A stretch of DNA of 64,000 nt from a virus (Duplodnaviria; Caudoviricetes): the IMG/VR virus record IMGVR_UViG_3300025809_001850; one strand, 5' to 3'. The translations under genes and the position numbers were made by a program. The notes beneath the pieces were generated by a model that was not told where the DNA came from, did no database searches, and saw nothing but the letters and a program-made list of their open reading frames with translations. Within the stretch, counting starts at the first letter, position 1; each line of letters opens with the position of its first letter. Of the stretch, positions 19,390 through 28,388 are shown piece by piece.

Positions 19390-19564
19390 CTTGTACAACT
19401 CGGAGGAATTAAAGAATCATCACAATATCGTTATGACACGTGATAGAAATAAATTATTATCACCATACATTAAGGATTGTTTGACTCCGATTATTCACTT
19501 TAGCCATTTTAGGTGTAAAACTAACTCTAATAGAATAAAATTAATTAAGGAAATCTTATCATGA
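18917..19564 (+). CDS. putative glycosyltransferase-like protein, duplicate copy B
   Basis: First 113 codons identical to copy A; different C-terminus. Confidence 0.5.
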   Translation: MKIYTYYQNINHDKQPELIDLWKLSWSRQGYEPIVLNLEDAKKHSYFETLDTEMRKIFKEITNKEISDYGMSCWFRWLAYATQEDEKFYVSDYDAININFPITEPSNQLHLMDAHVPCFASGSPKQFENLCKAFVELSNQRIDILKQQADHYHDQEFFLYNSEELKNHHNIVMTRDRNKLLSPYIKDCLTPIIHFSHFRCKTNSNRIKLIKEILS

Positions 19565-20139
19565 TACTATCACACAAATATAAATTCGTCTGCCTAAATC
19601 CACCAAAAACTGGATCAGGATTTAGAGAACAACTATTAAAGGAATGTGCTGATGTAAGCATAATCACACATGAACCTTTAAAACTAAGACATTGGAATTC
19701 AACTCAAGCATCCAACTACATTAAAAGTATAAACAAAGACCCCAATGATTATTATTGGTTTACTTTTGTTAGAAATCCGTGGGAACGAATGATATCTTGG
19801 GTTAATATGAGAAAAAATCATATATTAAATGGTAAAAATTCGGAAAATATTGATAGTAACAAGTTTATTGTTGAAACCCTTGAAGAACATCAGTTTAAAG
19901 ATTACATATATCGTGATGGTAAACTATTAGAGTTTATTGGTTCACTTGAAAACATCACAGAAGATCTTAATTTTGTGTTAAACAAATTAAATATTAATAT
20001 ACCTATTAGCACTCGAAAAGATAAATATAAAAAAGATTTTAAAGATGATATTCGTGACAACATGAGTCGGAAAACAATAGAACTAATTAGCAATGTAGAA
20101 AAAGAAGTTATAGAAATGAAAAAGTATAAATTTAAATGA
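19561..20139 (+). CDS. sulfotransferase family 2 protein
   Basis: MILSHKYKF..NPPKTGS, FVRNPWERMISW, IGSLENI. Confidence 0.85.
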   Translation: MILSHKYKFVCLNPPKTGSGFREQLLKECADVSIITHEPLKLRHWNSTQASNYIKSINKDPNDYYWFTFVRNPWERMISWVNMRKNHILNGKNSENIDSNKFIVETLEEHQFKDYIYRDGKLLEFIGSLENITEDLNFVLNKLNINIPISTRKDKYKKDFKDDIRDNMSRKTIELISNVEKEVIEMKKYKFK

Positions 20140-20789
20140 TTAACATAAATGCATACAACTACCACTTTTCTATTGGTTCTAATTGTCGTGTGGCCACTTC
20201 TTTGATCGAATTGAATTTGAGAAAATTTTCAACTAATTTTGATTGGGGATTTTTCACTCCAAAAAGTTTTTACTTAGCATATATAGACAATTTTCAAGAG
20301 TTAATCAATTTCTCTCACAACAAATTGTCTCAAAGTGAAAATACATATCAACATATTATTGACAACTGGATTTCAAAATACAATTTTAAACCTTATATGT
20401 TTAGATTTGCACATCGTTCTCATAAAAACGAAGATACCGTAAGAAGACGAGCAATTAGATTAAAAGATACCATTGAAAATGGTAACAATAAAATATTGTT
20501 CATATATAATCATATACCAATACACCTCATGAGTGACAGAGCTCATAAAAAATGGTCAAACAAACTCCTCAAAGAAGAAGGGGAAGATATTTTTGACTTA
20601 AAATATTTACAATTATTAAAAGACGTATTACCCGACAATGTAGATCTCTTGTTATTGCATTATGAAGAATTGAATATGAAATTTAAAAATGTGTATTGTC
20701 AATTTATAAATTATGAAGAATCCGAAGTGAAACATAAAGACTGGGATCAACAGTTAATTATTAAACACATTAAATCGCTTTTAAATTAA
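20136..20789 (+). CDS. DUF1796-like putative papain-like protein
   Basis: SIGSNC...L...LRKFSTNFDW ... FAH ... RRAIRL pattern. Confidence 0.6.
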   Translation: MININAYNYHFSIGSNCRVATSLIELNLRKFSTNFDWGFFTPKSFYLAYIDNFQELINFSHNKLSQSENTYQHIIDNWISKYNFKPYMFRFAHRSHKNEDTVRRRAIRLKDTIENGNNKILFIYNHIPIHLMSDRAHKKWSNKLLKEEGEDIFDLKYLQLLKDVLPDNVDLLLLHYEELNMKFKNVYCQFINYEESEVKHKDWDQQLIIKHIKSLLN

Positions 20790-20824
20790 AAAATATGCTT
20801 TCTTAAAGAACGAAAAAAACAAAA

Positions 20825-21535
20825 ATGAAAAAGAGGCCAAAAAATACAGACGATTGTTTATACAACTTAGTGGATATAATAAAATTTAACCATTGTGCTT
20901 GTATGGATGTGTGGAAAGAGGACAGTATAGCGAGAATGTATTATGAACAATCATCAAGTCCCAAGAAGAACTTTAACTCCTCATGGTGGGTGGATTTTGA
21001 TTGTTTACATAAAATTGTTCAAGAAAAAACTAAAAATAACGAACAGCCGTCGGGTGATGTATTAACAATACACGTAAGACTTGGTGATTTATTAGTACCT
21101 TCCTTGATACATACAGTTCCTGATGTTAACCAATATGAAAATTTAATCAAGAGAGCTGTTGTAGAACACGGTATTGTCAAATGCGATATTTATTACGGTA
21201 ATCATGTGGGTAAGTTTGAAAATGAGTCGCAACAATACATACACAAATTAATAAAAATTATTAAAAAATTAGGTCTTGAACATGAATTTATATCCAAATC
21301 GGTAGATGAAGATTTTTGTTCTTTGGCTACAAGCAAACACTACCTGCCCTCTATCAGAGGATTTTCGTGGTTGACTGGTACAATCAATCCGAATAATGTT
21401 ATTTGGGACATAAACAAAGGTAAAGAGTTTTCTTGGGATGTAGTTGCAAAAACTGGAAGATTCGTAACTGAAAATGTTGGTAAATACCTTAAAGGAATTG
21501 AGTATCAACGAAAATTAAATAAACAAAAAAAATAA
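20825..21535 (+). CDS. GT11/alpha-1,2-fucosyltransferase-like protein
   Basis: IHVRLGD and DEDFCSLATSKHYLPSIRGFSW resemble GT11 motifs (HVRRGD; DL.LMS.C.H.I...STFSW). Confidence 0.5.
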   Translation: MKKRPKNTDDCLYNLVDIIKFNHCACMDVWKEDSIARMYYEQSSSPKKNFNSSWWVDFDCLHKIVQEKTKNNEQPSGDVLTIHVRLGDLLVPSLIHTVPDVNQYENLIKRAVVEHGIVKCDIYYGNHVGKFENESQQYIHKLIKIIKKLGLEHEFISKSVDEDFCSLATSKHYLPSIRGFSWLTGTINPNNVIWDINKGKEFSWDVVAKTGRFVTENVGKYLKGIEYQRKLNKQKK

Positions 21536-21603
21536 TGAAAAACATCACAAACCTTGCCCAGTGGATGGTGTACAAAAGACCATAGTATGGAAGGATATTG
21601 AAT

Positions 21604-22203
21604 ATGATAAGTCATAAACATAAATTTATTTTCATACACATTAATAAAACAGGTGGATCAAGCATTGAGAGGGCCATTGACCCGAGTATTCCTACGCACA
21701 ACAATAAAACTAACCGAGTCTGCCCGAGCGCAACTGTTGGTAACACATATCACGAGACTAAACATTTCCCAGCTAGGAAAATGTGGGCGAACCACCCGGA
21801 TTGTTTTGACCTGTATTTTAAATTTACATTCGTAAGAAACCCGTGGGCTACAGAAGCATCACTTTACAATTGGTTCAAGTTTATTGGAGTTGCCAGAGGT
21901 ACTAAACTCTCATTTAAAGAGTTTTTATATCAGAGAGTTAAGTTAAAAAGAATGGGATTTAGAATAATGTTAGGTAATAGCAAACAATATTCTCTTATGG
22001 ATTACATCGGGCGGTTTGAAAACCTACAAGAAGACTTCAACATAATCTGTGACAAAATTGGAATTCCACAACAACAACTTCCACACAAAAACAAAATAAA
22101 ACACAAACATTACACCGAATACTACGATGATGAAACTCGTCAAATTGTTGCGGAAAAGTATGCAGAAGACATCGAGTATTTCGGGTATAAATTTGGAGAA
22201 TAA
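21604..22203 (+). CDS. sulfotransferase family 2 protein
   Basis: MISHKHKF..HINKTGGSS, FVRNPW, IGRFENL, HYTEYYD...IEYFGYKFGE. Confidence 0.88.
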   Translation: MISHKHKFIFIHINKTGGSSIERAIDPSIPTHNNKTNRVCPSATVGNTYHETKHFPARKMWANHPDCFDLYFKFTFVRNPWATEASLYNWFKFIGVARGTKLSFKEFLYQRVKLKRMGFRIMLGNSKQYSLMDYIGRFENLQEDFNIICDKIGIPQQQLPHKNKIKHKHYTEYYDDETRQIVAEKYAEDIEYFGYKFGE

Positions 22204-22206
22204 ATT

Positions 22207-22872
22207 ATGAAAAAGTATTACGGACAAAAAGGACAAGATAAATGGGTTATTAACGAAGTGTTGAACGAGAAAAAAAACGGATTCTTTTTAGATCTAGCTG
22301 CAACAAATGGGATTGAACTTAGTAATACATTTATTTTGGAAAAAAAATATAACTGGACTGGAATTGCAATAGAACCCAATCCAAATTTTTACAAACAATT
22401 AGTTAAAAATAGAAATTGTATTACAGAAAATCATGTGGTTTCCAATTGTCATGAAAAGGTTAAAGTTAGAATTGATAACGGTGTCGGTGGTGGAATTGTA
22501 GCAGACGATACAGATAATTCTATGTTAATTCGTGGAGAACAATTAAAGAAGGAGCAATGTAAAATTATAGAGATGGAATCAGTTTTGCTACAAGATATCC
22601 TTGATAAACATAACGCTCCGAAAGAAATAGATTATTGGTCACTCGACATCGAAGGTTCAGAAGAAAGAGTGATTAGTAGTTTTGATTTCTCCAAGTATGA
22701 GTTTGGATGCATAACAATAGAAAGGCCAACACCTCTCTGTAACAAAATACTACAAAATGCAGGATATGTGTTTGTTAAGAATTGTGATAATGATTCCTTC
22801 TATGTGTCTCATAAATACTCAAAGGACTTAAAATTACAACCTTTTGAGCAGATACCCAAAAAAAGGTGCTAA
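22207..22872 (+). CDS. FkbM-family SAM-dependent methyltransferase
   Basis: [38 protein letters not shown]. Confidence 0.85.
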   Translation: MKKYYGQKGQDKWVINEVLNEKKNGFFLDLAATNGIELSNTFILEKKYNWTGIAIEPNPNFYKQLVKNRNCITENHVVSNCHEKVKVRIDNGVGGGIVADDTDNSMLIRGEQLKKEQCKIIEMESVLLQDILDKHNAPKEIDYWSLDIEGSEERVISSFDFSKYEFGCITIERPTPLCNKILQNAGYVFVKNCDNDSFYVSHKYSKDLKLQPFEQIPKKRC

Positions 22873-22888
22873 ACTTATAGAACAACAC

Positions 22889-23008
22889 ATGATAATATCA
22901 CATAAACATAAACACTACACCGAATATTACGATGAAGAAACAAAATCTATCGTTGCGGAAAAATACGCAAAAGACATTGAGTATTTTAATTATGAATTTG
23001 GTAAGTAA
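22889..23008 (+). pseudogene. sulfotransferase head-to-tail deletion mini-gene (39 aa)
   Basis: MIISHKHK fused to [31 protein letters not shown]. Confidence 0.8.
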
Positions 23009-23014
23009 TTTAAC

Positions 23015-23043
23015 TTGCAAATAAATAAAAAGCATAATACAAT
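23015..23043 (+). promoter_or_regulatory. sigma70-type promoter
   Basis: TTGCAA-17 nt-TACAAT, 6 nt before ATG 23050. Confidence 0.6.
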
Positions 23044-23049
23044 GATAGA

Positions 23050-23493
23050 ATGTTTGAAGATATTGTAATATGTGAACTAAATCATATTGATCCTGGTGGA
23101 AAGGAATATTGCAATCCTCAAGAAATTGTTATCGGTGATACAAAGTCTAATGGAATATTAATTTCGTTGTTATTCAGAAACGAAGAAAAACGAAAAGGTT
23201 TATCACAAAGACAATGTGAACTTCCACTTGAAATTTGTGCGGAACTTATTCATAATGATAAAACTGAGTATAAAGATAAATACGATATACAAACGGGAGT
23301 AGAATTTACTATAACTGATAACAATGAAATGTATAAAATGCTTATTGGAAGTAACGGAGAACATTTCCATTATTTTACAAATGTTCCTGCAATAAACAAT
23401 ACAACTGATTTTGGTGACACAATATTTTTGAGTTTTCCACATACAGTTGAAGGATTCATCTACAAAGACACAAACTACAAAATTTTCAAATGA
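23050..23493 (+). CDS. hypothetical protein
   Basis: 147 aa ORF, ATGA overlap with DHFR. Confidence 0.65.
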   Translation: MFEDIVICELNHIDPGGKEYCNPQEIVIGDTKSNGILISLLFRNEEKRKGLSQRQCELPLEICAELIHNDKTEYKDKYDIQTGVEFTITDNNEMYKMLIGSNGEHFHYFTNVPAINNTTDFGDTIFLSFPHTVEGFIYKDTNYKIFK

Positions 23494-23984
23494 ACCAATT
23501 ACCAAAATACTCATTAATAGCTGCAATGGATCATAACCGTGTTATAGGTAACGATGATAAAATTCCGTGGAAAGCAAAAGGAGAACAAGCATTGTTTAAA
23601 CGCATCACAACGAACTCTGTGGTGATTATGGGCAGAACTACATACGAAACTCTTCCTAATGCGTTACCGAACCGTTACAACGCAGTATTAACCACCAATG
23701 CACATTATGAAGCACCCGGTTGTTTTACATTCAATAGTTTTGAACAAGCATTAATAAGCATGAACTCAGAATTTCCAACTTGCAAGATTTTCGTTATTGG
23801 AGGTGCATCGCTATACGAGCAAACGATAAAAAATGCGGAAGAACTTCATATTACTCGTATAGAAAGAGATTACGAAGGTGATGCTTATTTTCCTAAATAC
23901 AACAACGAGTTGTATAATTTACACAATATAGAATGGTATGATACAAATATGCGTTATACCTACTATCATTATATCCGCAAATAA
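23490..23984 (+). CDS. folA: dihydrofolate reductase (DfrA-like active-site motif)
   Basis: IAAMDHNRVIG..IPW..GEQ.LFK..T...VIMGRTTY..LP.R..IGGASLY..GDAYFP. Confidence 0.95.
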   Translation: MNQLPKYSLIAAMDHNRVIGNDDKIPWKAKGEQALFKRITTNSVVIMGRTTYETLPNALPNRYNAVLTTNAHYEAPGCFTFNSFEQALISMNSEFPTCKIFVIGGASLYEQTIKNAEELHITRIERDYEGDAYFPKYNNELYNLHNIEWYDTNMRYTYYHYIRK

Positions 23985-24019
23985 TTCGCATTCCAATCAG
24001 TCTTGATATATATTAGTAT

Positions 24020-24646
24020 ATGTCGAGCAAAATTTTTTTAGTATACAGTGGCTTATTGATTTTCACTAATATACTATTTTCTCGTATTTCTCCTCAAATG
24101 TCCGACTTTTTATGCGGATGTGAATATTGCGAAACCGTTGATCGTCATTCACCTTTGAATATTGGATATCATTTTTCACGATGTCATTCGTGGAAAAAAT
24201 CGTGGGCAAAATCAAGAAACGCAATGATGAATACTCAGAAACCCGATGTGGGCATTCCAGTTAAAGATACTTTACCCGATCATTCGAGAAAAATTTTTGG
24301 GGAAAACAATAATGATGATAATAGTAATAACATTCATAAAAAGGATACTACATTAAAAGAACCCAATATGAATACTATAGATGATATATATAATGATTAT
24401 CAATGGAGATACATAGAAACACAAGGATGGACATATTCTACTACACATCAAAGTACAACAACTACAGATGGATGGCTATATCGTGAAGATTTAGGATGGG
24501 TATGGACTTTCACAGAATCGAGGAAATTTTTATATAGTGAACAGTATGGATGGTTTTATTCAATGCGGTATAACGACCGTAATTTGTTATATTATTACGA
24601 CCGTAGATATTGGTTGTATGCGTATGATTTTTGGTGGAAGAAATAG
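24020..24646 (+). CDS. exported protein with Trp/Tyr-rich C-terminal module
   Basis: Hydrophobic N-terminus; GWLYREDLGWVW, LYSEQYGWFY repeats. Confidence 0.6.
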   Translation: MSSKIFLVYSGLLIFTNILFSRISPQMSDFLCGCEYCETVDRHSPLNIGYHFSRCHSWKKSWAKSRNAMMNTQKPDVGIPVKDTLPDHSRKIFGENNNDDNSNNIHKKDTTLKEPNMNTIDDIYNDYQWRYIETQGWTYSTTHQSTTTTDGWLYREDLGWVWTFTESRKFLYSEQYGWFYSMRYNDRNLLYYYDRRYWLYAYDFWWKK

Positions 24647-24649
24647 TAT

Positions 24650-25990
24650 GCAATGATTCACTCAAAAGAAATAAATGCTTGCTTTCGCAACCATTTGATT
24701 TCTTCTTCTTTCATCATCTCAGGTCATTCGTTTAAATGCTTTTTGCGTATCGTTTTTTGCCCTCCGAATTACCCTTTAAAATGCGACTAGATATGGCTAT
24801 ACAAAATACCCTTTTTTTCGTGGAAATAATGTATAATGATAATAAGGGTAATAGTAATAGTAATAGCTGTTATACAAGTAGATGATATACGCATAACGCA
24901 TATAGACATGATATAGGTAATAGATTAAATGAAATAGTAGCAGTATCGTCTTACCCGTCTATAAATACTTAAAGACTGCGTACTGCGTATATTATCAGTT
25001 AGTTGATGCCATACATGAACTTATCTTGATTGATGATACTGATGATAATTGATAATTGATGATAATATATGTTAGTTGATATAACCTGATGATAAGATAA
25101 TAACATAATAAGGTAATAGGGTAATAGAGGTAATAGTAATAGCATAAGATAGACAATGATAGACTTCATATAGGTAGGGCTATATGTCCACAAAAAACCT
25201 TTTTTACCTTGTTGTGCAAGTATACCCTTTAAATGGGTGTCAAATGCGTTCTAGGTGTCAAGGTGTATGTATTGATAGGTATATGCATTTATTTATGTAT
25301 AATATAATAGCTTTAAGGATTAGACGGATTTGATAGCCTACAACACCCTACATTTAATATAGGGGTGTCTCGGATGCCCTCCACTATTTTACTATAGCCA
25401 ACCATATCAAAAAGCACCACCTCTGTCAAGCCTTTTCCCCACACCACCTCATCTATTAATTAAACTAATGATAACACCCATACTACCCAACCCAACGGCC
25501 TGATATATTTCACCTAGCACCTAGAAAAAATAAAATGCGATTAATCATAGCTGGTAAAATGCTGAATACCAATTACTTAGAATAGCCCTATAAATTATTT
25601 TTTTCAGGTGCTGGGTGAAATAGGGAAACAAGTGCGTATTGACTATTACTATTATCATGTGTATGTATATTACTATTACTATTACTACTACCTTTACTAT
25701 TATCATTATTAGTAGTTGACTTTTCGCAAAAAATTTGGTACAATCATGGGATTGTGGGAGGGAGCAAAGCTAGACATAAAATGCCTTCATTTTTCTTGGG
25801 GAAATATCTCATAAAAAAACTAAACAATATTACTTGACTTGTTGCACCTTATTGATGTAGATTATATCATGACTGAATGACACATAATAGCTATTGTACT
25901 GCTTACCTCCGGATGCATATGGGTGTTCATAGAATTACTAAAAAACAAATAGAGTTTTTATAATAGTGTTGACATCATTAATGAAACCTG
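24650..25990. other. long non-coding low-complexity island; candidate replication origin or genome-end region
   Basis: No credible ORF over ~1.3 kb; 8 GTAATAG copies (24848-25142), 3 inverted CTATTAC copies (25643-25685), TGATGATA runs. Confidence 0.5.
25716..25744 (+). promoter_or_regulatory. sigma70-type promoter with no sizeable downstream ORF
   Basis: TTGACT-17 nt-TACAAT with TGn. Confidence 0.7.
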
Positions 25991-25997
25991 CTATTGT
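25969..25997 (+). promoter_or_regulatory. sigma70-type promoter
   Basis: TTGACA-17 nt-TATTGT with TGn, followed by ATGAGAGA. Confidence 0.7.
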
Positions 25998-26005
25998 GTT
26001 TATAT

Positions 26006-26455
26006 ATGAGAGAGACTATTACAAAAATAAAAAACAAAGGAATGAAGATCCTTGAGAAGCAACTGAAAGAAATTCAAAAGGTTGATTCTATTCTTGAATG
26101 GACGCAAGCAAAATGCATCAATCAAGTTCACAAAGGAACAGGAGCAATCGGAGTTTACAAAATCATTCATCGTCCTAGTAATAAAGTTATGAGCATCGGA
26201 CAAGGAAACATAGGAGCAAGAAAAGCTCGTCACCTTGGAGTATTTCGTAACGATGGTCAAACTCTTATTTCCAAAAATGGAAAACCTAGTGGTTCTGTCA
26301 CAGGACAAAAAATGTATCAGTTTGATTCAAATGAGAATAATTGGGATTTTAGTTTACTTGCAGTAGGAAGCAAATTTCTTTCGTGTTTTATAGAAGAAGA
26401 TTTACAAGCAAAACTTCGTCCGGCGTTTAATGCTGATCATATGGGTGGTAAGTAA
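26006..26455 (+). CDS. GIY-YIG-like nuclease
   Basis: GVYKI.......SIGQG....R...H and C-terminal IEE...P.FN pattern. Confidence 0.55.
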   Translation: MRETITKIKNKGMKILEKQLKEIQKVDSILEWTQAKCINQVHKGTGAIGVYKIIHRPSNKVMSIGQGNIGARKARHLGVFRNDGQTLISKNGKPSGSVTGQKMYQFDSNENNWDFSLLAVGSKFLSCFIEEDLQAKLRPAFNADHMGGK

Positions 26456-26476
26456 TTTTTTTTTATTGGTTGTTTT

Positions 26477-26511
26477 AAAGTGGAGGTTTTTTTCGTTCCT
26501 CCACTTTTTTT
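26477..26511 (+). terminator. intrinsic terminator
   Basis: AAAGTGGAGG/CCTCCACTTT stem followed by T run. Confidence 0.75.
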
Positions 26512-26533
26512 GTGCGTTTTTATAATAATACAC

Positions 26534-26562
26534 TTGACAAATTATAAAAACAACGTTACACT
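26534..26562 (+). promoter_or_regulatory. sigma70-type promoter with no downstream ORF
   Basis: TTGACA-17 nt-TACACT. Confidence 0.7.
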
Positions 26563-26859
26563 CTAAGGAGTGGGAGGGAGGGTTACCTGCAAATAACTTC
26601 GAATTTCTAAAAACAGAGCAGGACATCCGAAAAAAAGATTTCGTCCCTTGTTATGTATAACCCCTTATATACACACATAAAATTGCTTCTGGGTTGAACA
26701 CCGATGAATTGTTTATTTTTTTGATGCTAATATTGGTTCTGGAGCTGTATACTGCATATTCAAAATGCTGGGACTGGGCTTTTTTTTACCGGAGCACGAT
26801 CTTTGTGCTCGCATAATAATGTTGTTGACTAAATTGAAATTATATTATAATATTAAGAT

Positions 26860-27189
26860 ATGATTAAAATAATAGAAAACGCATTAAAAGATTTGGCGGA
26901 AATGCAATTAAATCTTGAAAGTGATGTTGCAAGAACATGGATTGCTGAAAAAGTAGAAAAAGCAATTGTAGCAAAACAAAAAGAATCTGAGAATATTAGT
27001 GAGGAAGTAAAAGCAGTTGATGTTAATACCACTATGAACGTAGATGATGTTATTGTATCTGCTATGGAAAACAACGGATATACAAAAGGTGATAGTGGAT
27101 ACGATTTTCGTAGTGGTAAACGTGATGTTACATTTCATACTAGTAACAATGATCAATATGAAATAACGTTTCGTCAAATAAAGTTATGA
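26860..27189 (+). CDS. hypothetical protein
   Basis: 109 aa; TTGACT promoter-like element at 26825. Confidence 0.65.
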   Translation: MIKIIENALKDLAEMQLNLESDVARTWIAEKVEKAIVAKQKESENISEEVKAVDVNTTMNVDDVIVSAMENNGYTKGDSGYDFRSGKRDVTFHTSNNDQYEITFRQIKL

Positions 27190-27362
27190 GTGCGTCATTA
27201 AACAAAGTGGTGTATATAGCAATACAAAAATATTTAGAAAAAAATCAATTTCATATAATGAGTCCAAATTTATTGAATGATACAACACAACAAGAATTAG
27301 CACAAGATATAGGAAATGCTATATCTGCTTATCTTGGGCAAGTAAAACACAAAAGTATATGA
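27186..27362 (+). CDS. small hypothetical protein (58 aa)
   Basis: ATGA overlap; MSASLNKVVYIAIQKYLEK... Confidence 0.5.
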   Translation: MSASLNKVVYIAIQKYLEKNQFHIMSPNLLNDTTQQELAQDIGNAISAYLGQVKHKSI

Positions 27363-27478
27363 TTGAACTTTTTTCGTTGAGTATGTGCATACTGATATTG
27401 TGTGCAATGGCGTATGATATATTCAAAGGCAATTAATTTTACCGCAAAAAAATATAAAGTGTTGATAACACGCAACTT

Positions 27479-27829
27479 ATGAAAAAATCAAAGACCCCTA
27501 TAAAAAAATCAAAATCGCCGGAAATCCCCACGAATGATAATAATGCTACTACTATTACTGATAGTACATCAACCACATCAATGAAAAAATTCAATATACT
27601 TAATGCATTCAAAATCATTAACGAGTATGTATATCATATAACAATGCTTATAGTAGGTCTTATACCTTTGTTACTATTAGGTGTCGTGCTGTTTGGTGAC
27701 AATTTCTTTTTAGGCAACATCGTAGTATATAACATACAAAACATACTAGATGACATGGGAGGCTTTGTAGGAATAATAACACTTATACTAATAGTAACCA
27801 TATTCCACAAATTCTATAAGAAAAACTAA
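27479..27829 (+). CDS. membrane protein (two hydrophobic helices)
   Basis: Basic/Thr-rich N-terminus followed by two transmembrane-like stretches. Confidence 0.6.
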   Translation: MKKSKTPIKKSKSPEIPTNDNNATTITDSTSTTSMKKFNILNAFKIINEYVYHITMLIVGLIPLLLLGVVLFGDNFFLGNIVVYNIQNILDDMGGFVGIITLILIVTIFHKFYKKN

Positions 27830-27869
27830 TAACTTGTTATAAAAACTACTTTTTATAATATTTATAGGT

Positions 27870-28010
27870 ATGCGTAACTTCGTAACACCTATTCAAAAGC
27901 CATTAGTGTCTGAAAAAACACTAAAAAGTGCTAAAAAGATAGCAAAATCCAGCAAAAAACTACTAATTACTGCATCAATAGTCGCAATAGGGCTATTGTG
28001 CAGTGGGTAA
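27870..28010 (+). CDS. small basic membrane peptide (46 aa)
   Basis: ATATTTAT 4 nt upstream; Lys-rich then LLITASIVAIGLLCSG. Confidence 0.45.
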   Translation: MRNFVTPIQKPLVSEKTLKSAKKIAKSSKKLLITASIVAIGLLCSG

Positions 28011-28388
28011 TTTTGCGGAAATAGCTATTAATATTATTGTGTATGTACTTGGTATTGTAATATTAAAGTATATAATTGACTTTATTAATAGTAGTATGTG
28101 TTCTTAATAGAATACAACAAAAATAAAAAGACATATACCCATTAGTGTAACTACTAACGAAGTGGTTAACTTTTTTTTGTAACCATAAAGCGAATCGCTC
28201 CAAATGGGTCGGGGCACACCTACTCTTGTGTGGATGACCATTTTTTTGTCAGATATTTACTGTTTCATTTTTTGGTACATGAAATGAAAACTTTTTTGGG
28301 GAAACTCCCAATTTTAAAAAATGGTAAAAATTTTACTCAGAAATTAACTATGAATTTAATCGTATCTTTGGAAATATTTATATATGAC

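Noticed and set aside
28230-28388. GTG-started N-terminal extension of the 28230..28619 ORF
   Set aside because: Extension is hydrophobic and low-complexity; the ATG at 28389 has the ATATTTAT motif directly upstream.
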